Part shown: positions 13,130 to 25,840 of the stretch, piece after piece | How positions within the stretch are numbered: the stretch's first letter is position 1 | Layout of the letters: each line of letters opens with the position of its first letter | Assembly (NCBI RefSeq): GCF_006345805.1 | Contig: NC_043008.1 | Span: forward strand, 13,516,001 to 13,580,000 | DNA length: 64,000 nt | Direction of reading: 5' to 3' | DNA from: Octopus sinensis | Taxonomy: Eukaryota | Program-made: the position numbers and the translations under genes | The notes under the pieces: model-generated | What the model was told of the DNA's origin: nothing | Seen by the model: the letters and a program-made list of their open reading frames with translations, nothing else | Database searches by the model: none

Positions 13130-14639
13130 ATGTAGGATAAAATTTTTTCGAAAAAAAATTTTATCAATGGCCAGCATATTAAAAATAACTTTTAAGGTTA
13201 AAATTATAAACAACTTATAAATAAGAGCAAACGAAAAAATTTCTAATTTTCGGCATATTTGGCATTACAAATTTTTTCGTTTGCCCTTATTTATAAGTTA
13301 TATATATATATTTATAATATATATACAACTTATTTATAAGTTGTATATATATATATATATATATATATATTTCTGCTCTATTTTATTTTATTATTATTCC
13401 CAAGCTGATAGCATTTGGTTGTAGTTGTACAATAACAAGTCAGCCTAGATTTTGCCAACATATGATGTAAGGATCCAAAGCCACCGACAATATACTTCTC
13501 TGTTTAAGACCTGGTACAACTACATTTTATATTATGACGGTTTTTTTTCTGCAACAATGAAAAGTATTATTTCAGGGAGAATCAATTGATGTTTCTAAGA
13601 CAATGAGTCCGTTGGTCACGAAGAATTTCATGGTTGGCCCCATCAATCTAAGTGCCTGGAATTGGTTTTCGGTTGTTGGCGGATAAATTCATCTCGTATT
13701 TTCAGTCAAAATATACAAAAATTTACAAACTTCTCATCCAAAATCTTGATGAGAATTGGAATAAATGATGGAAACTATATTCATCATTAAGTGCAGCAAG
13801 AAGCAATGCTAATTCATTTTTTTCCACATTCGTTTGATAACAGGTAACATACTACCTAATACTAGACATATATTTTGCGTCTGTTTATTCCTAAATTTCC
13901 ATACATGAAACACAAACACCTTTATAGGTATTCTTAATGTTTAGATCAAACAGAGTCTTCCCGCAATATTTATTTGTGTATAAGCAGGTAAAAAGTCAGT
14001 TCAATTGACAAAACTATCTGATTCTTTTATTACTGCATCGATCCCGTTAGAATTACGAGCAAACGAACAAGAACTCCCTTTCATCTGCCATATCACAGTG
14101 ATAAAATGGTTAGACAGATGGATTTGATCTCTTACCTAAACTAGTATAAATGATCACCAGCAAGCCTTTTCACTCATATACACTCGCTGCTGCTAGATCA
14201 CCAAACTAATATATGTTCGTAATTTTATCTCTATAATGAAAAGTATATAATTGACTCATTACTAGCGCGTAATATTTTAAAAGATGCCCACCATACTTTT
14301 AGTACAATAAACTTTTAGAACTTGGGACCATTTATGACACATCTAATTATTATGCATTAGATACTTATATTTGCTAATTTCATTCATTTCATTTCATAAG
14401 AGCGTAAATTCTTAGTGAATTATACGGTATCGATCGAAATGTTTCTAGTACCCATCATATCCTGCAATTTACTGTTTATATCAGATCTTTGAAGTTTTAT
14501 ACTGTGTCACATACCTCTGGTTTAGTGTGGTATTTAAATGTTCAAATACCACATGCAAATTATGTTGTTCATTATATGCGCAGGCTAACATATTTGATGC
14601 CAAATACTGTTTGCAAATATTAGCAGACGAACATAAATT

Positions 14640-14997
14640 TCGTGGAAGGGGCTAAATCGATTAGATTGACCCCAGTGACCAACTAGTACTAATTCTATCG
14701 ACTCTAAAAGGATGAATAGCGGAGCCGACATTGGAGAATTTGAACTCAGAACGTAAAAACGGACGAAATACCTATTTCTTTACTACCCACAAGGGGCTGA
14801 ACATAGAGGGGGAAAACAAGGACGGACAAACGGATTAAGTCGATTACATTGACCCCAGTGCGTAACTGGTACTTAATTTATCGACCCCGATAGAATGAAA
14901 GGCAAAGTCGATCTCAGTGGTACTTGAACTTGGAACGTAGCGGCAGACGAAATACCGCTAAGCGTTTGCCCGGCGTGCTAACGATTCTCCTCGCCCT
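14640..14997 (-). mobile_element. SINE family A, dimeric form
   Basis: Two body units with the GACGAAATACCTATTTC junction; head at the right end. Confidence 0.85.
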
Positions 14998-15646
14998 GAT
15001 GCGACTCAAAGTATTATTAATCAAATTTGTTTTTGCTGGGTATTCTCAGTGAATAAATCTAATAATGTGGAATGCCTCGCTTTAGTTAGTAGATTAAGTT
15101 AGGGTTCAAACTACATTTGCAATCTAAATACTGGGATCTTTTTACCTGTAGACAGACGTAGTGCTCACTATCTTAACCGAATAATGATTGCTATCAAAAC
15201 GAAACTTCAGGTGTTGACTGCTGTATTGTATTATATATTTAATAATATTAGCTATAGTTAGTAACAAACGAAAGAGAATATAATGTTCCTTTATTATTTA
15301 TAAAACTATAATGGCTCTTTCATGATTACACTTTGATGTTTCCTTCGTTTATATACCGTTAGGCGTGTGATCATTGTTTATCGTCTCTCAACCAGGAAAT
15401 ATCTCAGGTATATTGAAAACGTTACCAACGTTTCGTTGCTAAAGCAATAAATCTTAGCGGCGTATATTTTCTGGAAGGAGAGATCCATTACATTCGTGAA
15501 ATACCAAATATATTACAATATTAGTTTGTTTTTCATTGCGTACCACTACGTTTTAATTATCCTTAATCTTACGCCATACACACTATTTTAGAACAGTTAC
15601 TAACCATGGCACCCTAATTTACAGATAATTATTTCTTAAATGAAGT

Positions 15647-15855
15647 GTAGGCGCATGTCTCATCATGAGATGGTGAGGCCGATTGTGAGACCAAGCTATG
15701 TGTTGTGTTCTTGAGCAAGACACCTTATTTCACGTTGCTCCAGCTCACTCACCTGTAGAAATGAGTTGCAAAGTCACAGTTACCAAGCTGTATCGACATT
15801 TCCCTTGGCTACCATCGGTGACATGACCAAAGGAGGAAGAGGCCGTGACCCCTAT
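15647..15855 (+). mobile_element. Degenerate SINE family D copy
   Basis: Shares GTGTTGTGTTCTTGAGCAAGACAC.TTATTTCACGTTGCTCCAG with 39943-40236. Confidence 0.65.
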
Positions 15856-16180
15856 TTGTTAAAATATTTTCGGGCGGCTCTCTAATACCTTCACAATAAT
15901 ATGTCGCATCTCAAACTTCATCCCACTTCTTAAAATATAAAGAGTATTTGTAAACGTGTGAGATATCAATATGGATACTGTCGGAAGAGAGGAAAATATG
16001 AACAGGTGGTTTCATATTTCATGTTTTATGTTTTCAATAATATCTATAAATTAGAGAAGCTATTAGTAATTAAAAGACTCTCAATATATGATGCATCGGC
16101 TATGTTGGTGTAGCAGTGTAGGAAATGTGAAATAGCAATATGTATGACTATGCATATATGTGACTACTCAATAACACCAG

Positions 16181-16591
16181 TTTACTCTTTTACTCTTTCA
16201 CTTGATTCAGTCATTTGACTGTGGCCATGCTGGAGCACCGCATTTAGTCAAGCACTTATTCTTTGTGAGCCTAGATCTTATTCTATCGGTCTCTTTTGCC
16301 GAACCACTAAGTTACGGGACGTAAACACACCAGCATCGGTGTCAAGCGATGTTGGGGGGACAAACATAGACACACAAACATATACACACACATACACACA
16401 CACACATATATATATATATACATATGTATGAGGGCTTCTTTCAGTTTTCGTCTACCAAATCCAGTCACAAGGCTTTGGTCGGCCCGAGGCTATAGTAGAA
16501 GACACTTGCCCATGGTGCCACGTAGTGGGCCTGAACCCGGAACCATGTGGTTGATAAGCAAGCTACTTGACACACAACCACTCCTACGTCC
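16181..16591 (-). mobile_element. SINE family B, near full length
   Basis: Head, body, internal microsatellite and tandem tail all present. Confidence 0.88.
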
Positions 16592-17674
16592 ATTTTTTAA
16601 AACCTGCATAAATGGACTCCTGTATGAAACATTCTTACATGTGCACGCTCGTATCGATAGAGAGGGAATTGCACAAAATAAAAATAATTCCACTATACAA
16701 AGGTAATAGTATGAGGTGTGGAAAGGAAGTTTATGCAAATACACCAGCGAATAGAGGGTTTTCATAGGCCTTTCAAGTGTAAGCTGGGTGTTCTAAGAAT
16801 ACCTGTGAAGCTATATATACCCGATACACGGACCAGATTTAAAAGGAAATATATACAAGCAATCTGAACACCGCAAGAATTGATATATATATGTATATAT
16901 AAATATTTATATATGATATATATATATATATATTATATTTAAGCATACATATACATACGTTAATACACATACACACATATACAAACACACATGTATATAT
17001 ATAAATGTGTATGTATGAGTGATTGATATAAAGAATTCATGTATATTATTTGCACATGCATGCACAACTATATACACGATATATATGATATGAAAAATAT
17101 ATATATATGCACACATTCTTTTGTATGTGTGTGTGTGCGCGTGCATATGTGTTTGCATATATTTTCAAATCCATAGGCGCAGGTATTTTCTATTTCCCAC
17201 ATCATATTTTTTAGCAGCATTTTGTCTGGCGACGGTTAAGAAATTTTTTTCTGATCGGAATCGTGCTCATGAATAATTCGTTTGTAAATAGCTTTAAATA
17301 TTTTAAGTTATTGCTACATTTTTCTTGCTGTTGTATAGACACACACACACACAGGCACACACTCACAAACTCACATGTACACACACACTCTCACGTTAGC
17401 ACGCACATAAGAATGACATGTATATATATGATATATGAGAGAATTAGTATATATTTGTGTATCAGTATGTATATAAACACGGAATTACATTTAGCCTTTG
17501 TTTTGCATACATATAATATTTACCTGTCTATTTACCAATGAATAATGTCATCAAGTATTTCCTGGTTGCTCAACCAAAATACTATTTTCAATGGCTGAGG
17601 AATGTGCAGTCGAATGCGTTGTTTTTAAAGGGTCTACGTACTATTTTAGTCCATTTATTTATTTTAATAATCCG

Positions 17675-17880
17675 TTCTACTGAAGGCACTAGGCCTTGAA
17701 ATTTTGTGTGATGAGACTAGTTGATAACATCGACCTCGGTGTTACATTGGTTCTTCATTTATCGATCCCGAAAAGATGAAAGTCAAAGTCTACCTTGGTG
17801 GAATTTGAACTCACAACATAGCGGCCGACGAAATATCGCTGAGCGTTTCATTCGGCGAACTAACGATTCTGCAAGCTCAC
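17675..17880 (-). mobile_element. SINE family A monomer, diverged
   Basis: GATGAAAGTCAAAGTCTACCTTGGTGGAATTTGAACTC matches the family A body. Confidence 0.75.
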
Positions 17881-17920
17881 AACCTTTTAAATTATTCTAA
17901 TAATGACCGCTAAAAAAATG

Positions 17921-18133
17921 TCGGTGAAAAAGCAGAATTGTTAGCAGGCTTGTTAAAACGCTTAGGGGTACTACGCACGTCTTTACGTTCTGAGTTCAAA
18001 TTCCACTGAGGGTTTTTTTGTGTATCATCCCCTTTCCTGGTCGACAAAATAAGTATCAGTTAAGCATCGAGGTCAATGCAATCGGTTTAGCGACTTCCCC
18101 AAACTGCAGGTCTGGTGCCAAAATGTGACACCA
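17921..18133 (+). mobile_element. SINE family A monomer, diverged, head-to-head with the previous copy
   Basis: TTTACGTTCTGAGTTCAAATTCC and GTCGACAAAATAAGTATCAGT. Confidence 0.7.
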
Positions 18134-18194
18134 ATAAATACTGCATAACTACTGCGTCAAATACAGTCGACAATACTTTCAAAAGTTCATATGC

Positions 18195-18460
18195 AACATA
18201 CAGGTGACTAGTAAATGGTTTGCTGCCCTGCTACATGGTCCCAGATCTAGTCCCACTGCGAGGTGGTATGGTCAAGTGTATTCTACTATAGCCTCAGTTA
18301 GACCAAAGCTTTGTGGGTGGATTTTATGGACGGAAACTAAAAGAAACCCAGTATATATATGCACATACAAATCTACATCTGTGTTTGTCCACCACCGTGC
18401 CGCTTGAAAAACGGTCTTTGGGTATATACGCCCCTATATTCTGGTGGTTCAGTACAAGAG
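18195..18460 (+). mobile_element. Degenerate SINE family B copy
   Basis: GTCCCACTGCG...CTACTATAGCCTC...GGACGGAAACTAAAAGAA matches the family B body. Confidence 0.65.
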
Positions 18461-18653
18461 GTTTGTAGATCTATGGATATCTTTTAAAAAGCATAAAGCC
18501 CTAATGTCGCTTTATTCAATCAAAGTTCTTCAACGTCTGTGCCCAGATATGGTCGCACTCTAATGAATGAAACATTTAAATGATACATGATATAGATAAA
18601 CAGACACATAGGTTGATAGATAGATTCATTCATTCATTCATTAATATGAATAC

Positions 18654-18684
<31 letters not shown>

Positions 18685-19555
18685 TGTGTGCGCGCGTGAG
18701 ATGACTTACTCTTGAAATGCATGGTAGTGTTACACAAGTGGGCGTAACATACTCAGATCTTTGCGTTCACAAAACAATATCTGACGTCATGATCATCACA
18801 TCTGAATTGTTTTCTCTTTAGTCTTGGAAGATATTTAATGAATAAAATATATGCTCCTTTGAGATTATTCAACTATTTATAATTAAGATAAAATAATTAT
18901 TTTTAGTATATATTTGATGCATTGTGTGGCTAGGTAACACAATGCAATATATTTAGTTTTGCTTTGTGTTATGTTGCTTATAATTAATTATGTGCACGTA
19001 AAAGTGCAAAGACGCAATGAAAAAACACTAGTTTGTTGTGTAAGCTCAATATTCCCTCTGCTGTGCAAAATCGACCAATATAATTATGCATATATCTCAG
19101 CATTTATTCATATCTTTTGTCTTGGGATATGAGATAAATATCTTCTACTAAAAATACTTCGGCAAAAATGAATTAAATATATATAAAAGTTTCCTTTGTT
19201 AAGGCGAAAAATCACAATAGTCGTTGTCACCACACACAAGGTTTGCATATTTACTGCTTTGAAATGTTTCCATGTTGCATATATAGTTTACCAAAATTCT
19301 TTTACGTATTTTAGGTTTTAGAAATTCTTTCAAATATTTCTAACAGAAGAGAGTTCTTTCTGCTTTGCTTAGTTTGTGTTTTCTCAGCCCTTAAATTTCC
19401 GAAATGAAATGCCTCCTTCATTCGCGCGGTGGATTGGAAAAACAAAATTCAATGCGTTATCTGTTTTGTTCTTGTATATTCTGAGTTCAAATCCCGCCAT
19501 ACGCTATGCTTTGCCTCTTATCACTCCGAAATAGCTAAGATAATGAATTAATTAT

Positions 19556-19876
19556 ATATTGATGCCAATGCACTAACTCTTACCCAGTGACTTCAAGAGA
19601 CAACAAATTAGAACTTCGTGTTGGTGTTATGCCTAAGTTGTTATATATTTGGTTTTGCACACAGTATTGTTCTAGAGAATGTTTAAGAGAACAAGAGAAT
19701 TCTGAGGTTGTCTTAAAATTTGAGATTATTTAGACAGTATTTCACGTAGATATGGGCAGTTCCTGTGAGCACTATCTTTTCAATTTCTGCCATTCTGGCG
19801 TTTCCTGGTATCTGAGCTTGGTAGCAATCAGCCCCTTTTGTTATCATTCATAGTGTGGCTATCATTACTAGGGCTT
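19556..19876 (-). mobile_element. R4/Dong-like non-LTR retrotransposon 3' fragment
   Basis: Minus strand gives ATL*MITKGADCYQAQIPGNARMAEIEKIVLTGTAHI, then after a 1-nt shift LREILSK*. Aligns with the 22585 fragment; the 5' end abuts a (TAA)n array. Confidence 0.78.
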
Positions 19877-19915
19877 ATTATTATTATTATTATTATTTAT
19901 TATTATTATCATTAA

Positions 19916-20002
<87 letters not shown>

Positions 20003-20046
20003 CATTAATATTATTATTATCATTAATATTATTATTATTATTATTA

Positions 20047-20095
<49 letters not shown>

Positions 20096-20112
20096 CATCA
20101 TCATCATTATCA
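19875..20112. repeat. (TTA)n/(TCA)n microsatellite
   Basis: Direct reading; source of the poly-L/I/N ORFs. Confidence 0.97.
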
Positions 20113-20451
20113 TCAACACAGACTTGCAGAATATACACTATCCTGAAGTTATTGATTGAAGATATCGTGTCTTCCGGCGGTTTGTACTGTTTGTCAAGTC
20201 AGAACAAAGACCTCAGACAGATAGTACCTTACGCAATATCCGTGAAGTTCCAAGTAATGCCGACTTTTGCAATTCACTTAGAGGTCCGTTGCACTTGCGT
20301 GCTAAATATTCTTTTTCACTGACTTGATGTTAAATGCCATATTCTGGCAGCGATGATTAGGCTTTCAGTATTATTTTTTAGGTCAACCTTGTTAAGCCAC
20401 CTCTATGATGCTACCGGCTCTTTTAATTTGATGGTTTCACGTGAAACTGAC

Positions 20452-20454
<3 letters not shown>
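20113..20454 (-). mobile_element. R4/Dong-like LINE fragment, internally deleted
   Basis: Minus strand gives GQF.., S*RWLNKVDLKNNTESLIIAA (post-RT region), then PLSELQKSALLGTSRILRKVLSV* (stop 20213-20215). Trinucleotide arrays on both sides. Confidence 0.78.
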
Positions 20455-20502
<48 letters not shown>

Positions 20503-20585
20503 CATCATCATCATCATCATCACCGTCCTCATCATCTTTATCATTGTTGCCACCCTCGACGCCCTCTTCATCGCCATCATCATCA
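20452..20585. repeat. (TTA)n-(TCA)n microsatellite
   Basis: Direct reading. Confidence 0.95.
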
Positions 20586-21878
20586 TCTTAATTTTTAGTT
20601 GTTTCTTCGTATATGTGTATCTGTTTGTAAGAATCAGATGTGTTACATTCCTCTTCATAGACTTAGTAATATTAAATTCAATGGGAAAATATTATATTTA
20701 ATACGCAATTTCTACACAAAATATTGTTTGCATTACTTGTATCTGTGTGTGTGTGCGTGAAGTGAAATCCTTTACAGTTGTGACGAAAATATTTTCTTCA
20801 TTTATAAACAAATAAAATATTTGCTTCAAACAGAAACGACATCAAAATCTAGAATCAGCATAAAAGTAATTTTATGGATGTTAAAAACATGAAGACAAAA
20901 GAAAGAAATCAACCATAATACTTTGCCAAAAAAAATTTCGCACATTTTGGAAAAAAAAAAAATTAATTAACGACATTTATGCAGACGACATTAGTGAAAC
21001 TTTTTCTAGCTCCAAACGTTACAGCAACACAAGAGTAACACAAAAAAAGACACACGACAAACATTTAATCGTGCACGAACTTAACGGAATAGAAAGATTC
21101 CCCGTGTTAATGCTGGTGGTTAACAAGCTATACGCGGCTACATGTCGGTCGAGGTGGAGGCGTAAAATCTATGTGTCTTTGTCTGGTAGATTTACCAAAC
21201 AATACACAAAGACAATATCCACTTGGCTTTACCTTACCTAAAACTGGGCATTCAATGTACAAATACATCGTAACTATAGGCCCGATGTCTTCATCAGCAT
21301 AGTTTTTAGTAATCGGAGTAGAGTACACAAATACATCCGTATAAAGCTAAATTATATATGGCATAAACACCCATAGAGCCATGTGATAATACATGCCAGT
21401 TGTTTGCGGACCAAAATCTAATTTTTCCCTGTAAGTTTGGATATAATCCCTAATACTATTACTATTATTATTATTATTATTATTATAATTATGATATTGA
21501 TAGCTTACGGTTATTGAGTGTATTATCTCAATTTCGTATGTTATGGAACTTACAGGTAATATAGAAACGCTATTTTGGAATTCATCTTTGAAGAATATTC
21601 CAATACCCTCTAGGAAAGAATATATTTTGAAACTTCTTAATAATATTAGGGATTTTGTTTCTATGTTTAAATGGAAAGCCTACCATTATAACTAAAATAT
21701 ATCTAATTTTAAAGATTATATGAATGATAATGGTTTTACTTCAAATTTTAAATCTAAAAAAAACCCATATAATAGGGATTTACACATCTTAGAAGATAAT
21801 ATTTTGGAAGGTGTTGAAAAATATAAAATTTAATCCTAAATCTAATATTTTTCCCTGTCAGTTTGCATATAATCCTTA

Positions 21879-21923
<45 letters not shown>

Positions 21924-22429
21924 GGTGAGATTGAGAGAGATTCACACATAGGGTGGGGAGAGAAAGGATGCTACTGTAGCAGTCCAGCTAGGTGTATTAT
22001 AGGTTGCACCACTTAAGATCGACAAATGACACGCCCCTTGCTCAGAAATATAACCTACGTGGAATGATATAATTCTTCTCGTACCACATTAACTAGTGTG
22101 TTGATGAGGATCTAATAGAGACGTGAAAATATGGTTGGTAAACACACAGGAAAGGAGACAGAAAAACGGTTTCTTGATACACAACAATAAATTCCTCCGC
22201 TGACAACTGCATTTATGTAAATGAGTTATGGAGGTTTGAGAAGAAAATGGGCATACTGGAATGCAAACCAATGAAAAGGCACTGTGTGAGAGAACTTGAC
22301 TCTAAGCACAACTTACAGACAGCTTAAAATGATATAATACTGTTTAACCTAAACAATTTATTTTAGTAAAGCATAAAAGAAAGAATTACAGAGGGAGTTC
22401 ATTGTCTTTTGTCTCCACCATACAAAAAA

Positions 22430-22448
22430 ATAATAATGATAATAATAA

Positions 22449-22539
<91 letters not shown>

Positions 22540-22586
22540 AAGAAGAAGAAGAAGAAGAAGAATTAAAATAATAATAATAATAATAA
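22430..22586. repeat. Compound (TAA)n-(GAA)n-(TAA)n microsatellite
   Basis: Direct reading. Confidence 0.97.
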
Positions 22587-22976
22587 GCTCAGAAAGTATA
22601 AAGACCTACTCATTGAAATTGAGAAAATGTGGCATCTCAAGGCGGTTACAATACCAGTGATCGTAGGAGCACTAGGAATGATCAAGAAGGGAACCGAAAA
22701 TTATATGAGAATGATCCCTGGCTTACCATCCCTGCAAGAAGTGCAAAAGATTGTCTTAACTGGTACATCACACGTATTGAGAAGAGCATTGTCGAAGTGA
22801 GAACTGTTGCTGCTCATGTATTTTAATTTAACTTTAAAAAAAAAAAAAAAATATGAACGAAATACTGAGTTTGGTTTAATGGCCTACCAATATACACTAT
22901 GAGTTTCTTTGCCCTAGGAGTCGGGAAGACACTCGGCAAGAAATGGAAGAAGATTTGAAAGAAGAAAAAAAAAAAA

Positions 22977-22980
<4 letters not shown>
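22585..22980 (+). mobile_element. 5'-truncated R4/Dong-like LINE (RLE-type C-terminus plus 3' UTR)
   Basis: Stop-free 22585-22800: KLRKYKDLLIEIEKMWHLKAVTIPVIVGALGMIKKGTENYMRMIPGLPSLQEVQKIVLTGTSHVLRRALSK*, with the K..KY.DL / IPV+VGALG / L.GT..+LR motifs. (TAA)n on both sides. Confidence 0.88.
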
Positions 22981-23018
<38 letters not shown>

Positions 23019-24074
23019 TGCAGTTTAGATGATACAGATTCAAAATCAACTCTTGCTAACGTCTTCTGGTACAGGTTTCACGATCTCTTTTACAATAAAA
23101 TATTCTGAAAGCTACGTAGATTCACTGTAAACATTGCCGATTAGCGTGCCGTTATCTTATTACACCTTGACAAAGTCTTGCACGCAACAGCTAATTTGTT
23201 GTTTGCTTTTTATGTATACGGGTAACAGTTCTTAGTGTAGTGGTAAGGGAGGGCATAGGCGGCTGACTCAGTGTCTGTAGTTGATGAAGCTTAATTATAC
23301 AGAAATACCTCGCGATGACGTCAATTACGGCACATTTAACTGTGGTCTTACAAACATTGTTTTATAAGGAAAATTTAATCCGCGAAACAGCTGTCACGTT
23401 TTATCCACGTTTGTGTGTACGTGAATATGTTATGTATAATCTATGCATATACAACTTTCTCTGTATATATGATATAAATGTTTGCCTATATGTATTTGTA
23501 TAAGTGTACAACAAATAAATTACTCAAAGACATATTTATTTACATAATTATTACCTACATGTATGTGTCTATCTTGAAACTCACAAATTCACTTACATAC
23601 AGACAGTCTTCGATAACACAACAATATATTCAATGGATGACAAATGAATATAGAGAAAACTTACAGAAAACGAAAATATAGTCAGACTGTATAACAATGC
23701 ACACAGCAAACTATAGTACTTAAATAACAACATATTTACACACATTCATAGCAAACTATAGTATTTAAATAAGAACATATTTACACATATATTCATGGAG
23801 ATCTTCGTGTTTATTATGCGGCGTACACATAAACACAGATTCTCAGACACGCTTTTATGCAGAGATGCGATGAAGGAAAAAATAAAGAATGATATTGGTA
23901 AGAAAAAAAGAAAATTAAAGAATGAAGACTAAATAAGGTGATTATATTTTCTTGCATGGATTAATGTAAACAGGATTAGACTAATGATGTCTTAGTTTTT
24001 TTTTTTTAGTTTGTCGTTGTTCTTATTGTTATTGTTGAAGATAATGACAACGGTGATAATGCAGACGGCGCGGT

Positions 24075-24590
24075 AAGGATGATGATAATGATGATGATGA
24101 TGATGATGTGGAAGAGGAGGAGGAGGAGGAGGAGGGGGAGAAGAAGAATGACGATGATGATGATGACGGTGATGATGGCGATGATGATGGTAGTGGTGCT
24201 GATGATGATGATGACGATGATGATGATGATAATGATTATGATGTTGATGACGATGATGATGATGGCGGTTATGATGATGATGATGGTGGTGATGGTGATG
24301 ATGATGATGGGGATGATGATGATGATGATGATAATGGTGATGATGACGATGATGATGGCGGTTATGATGATGATGGTGGTGGTGGTGGTGGTGATGATGA
24401 TGATGAAGATAATGACGATAATGATGATAGCGGTGATGATGATGATTTTGATGGTGGTGGTGGTGGTTGTGATGGTGGTGCTAATGATGATGATGATGAT
24501 GATAATACCGTCAACGATAACGTCGATGGTGGTGATAATAATGAATATAGTTATCATGATGATGATGATGATGATTGCCATTTTGATGAT
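24075..24590. repeat. Degenerate (GAT/GGT)n trinucleotide repeat
   Basis: Direct reading; yields the D-, M- and I-rich ORFs in the track. Confidence 0.9.
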
Positions 24591-24871
24591 GTTCTGTTGC
24601 CTCTGGCGATACTAATTTTTTGTGTATAAAATTAAGTCACGTTTATTATTATTTTTTTAATGTTGAAATTAACATTTTGACATTAAAGGTGAGTCACAGT
24701 TAGAGAGTATTATATCTTAAATTAATTACTGAGAGGCATAGGAGGAGGATGTTCACTACTCATCACTTTTACCATGTTCTAAAAGTAAAATAACAATGAC
24801 CAGGTTGATAATTGATTTAAATATAAGTAATTTGAGAGTTTGCTAGAAAGAAATTAGTAGGACAATATATG

Positions 24872-25431
24872 ATTTTCTACTCAAGGTACAAGGCCCGAAG
24901 TTTTGGAGAAGAGGGCCATTCGATTAATTTGACCCCAGTACGCAACTGGTTGTTAATTTATCGGGCCCGAAAGGATGAAAGGCAAAGTCAACTTAGAACG
25001 TAAAGACAGACAAAATACCTATTTCTTTACTACCCACAAGGGGCTAAACACAGAGGGGACAAACAAGGACAGGCAAAGAGATTAAGTCGTTTACATAGAC
25101 CCCAGTGCGTAACTGATCCTTAAGTTTTCGACCCCGAAAGGATGAAAGGCAAAGCCGACCTCGGGGAATTTGAACTCAGAACGTAGGCAGACGAAATACA
25201 TATTTCTTTACTGACCACAAGGGGCTAAACACACAGGGGACAAACAAGGACAGACAAACGGATTAAGTCGATTATATCGATCACAGTGCGTAACTGGTAC
25301 TTAATTTACCGACCCCCTGAAAGGATGAAGGGCAAAGTCAACCATGGTGGAATTTGAACTCAAAACGTATCGGCAGGCGAAATGCGGCTACGCATTTCGC
25401 CCGGCGTGCTAACGTTTCTGCTAGCTCACCG
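24872..25431 (-). mobile_element. SINE family A trimer
   Basis: One head, three body units and two copies of the AAATAC.TATTTCTTTACT..CCACAAGGGGCTAAACACAG module. Confidence 0.88.
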
Positions 25432-25439
25432 CAATATAC

Positions 25440-25840
25440 CGACTTCAAATTTTGACACAATTTCAGTAATTTTGAACTTAGTGCTCAACTGGTTTTTATT
25501 TAATCGACCCGAAAGAATAAATGGCAAAGTCGACCTCGACGGAATTTAATCCGAGAACGTAAATACGAACGAAATTCAGCTATTTTGCGTGCTAACGGTT
25601 CAGCCAGCCTACCGCTTTGATCAAGTAATATATTGATTTCAAATTTTTATACAAGGCCAGCAATGTCTGGGAGAGGTTAACCATTTATGTCGACACCAGT
25701 GCTTATCTGGTACTTATTTCATCGACCCCGAACGAATTAGAAGCAAAGTGGATCTCCGCGGAAGTTGATCTCAGAAATTAAAGACGGACGAAATACCGTT
25801 AAGTATGTTTCACGGCGTATTAACGGTTCTGGCAGCACGC
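25440..25840 (-). mobile_element. Two further degenerate SINE family A monomers
   Basis: GGCAAAGTCGACCTCGACGGAATTT and ATCGACCCCGAA...GACGGACGAAATACCG segments. Confidence 0.7.

Noticed and set aside
24872-25840. Regularly repeated units as a CRISPR-like array
   Set aside because: Units are ~180-bp SINE bodies with no unique spacers, in a eukaryotic context.
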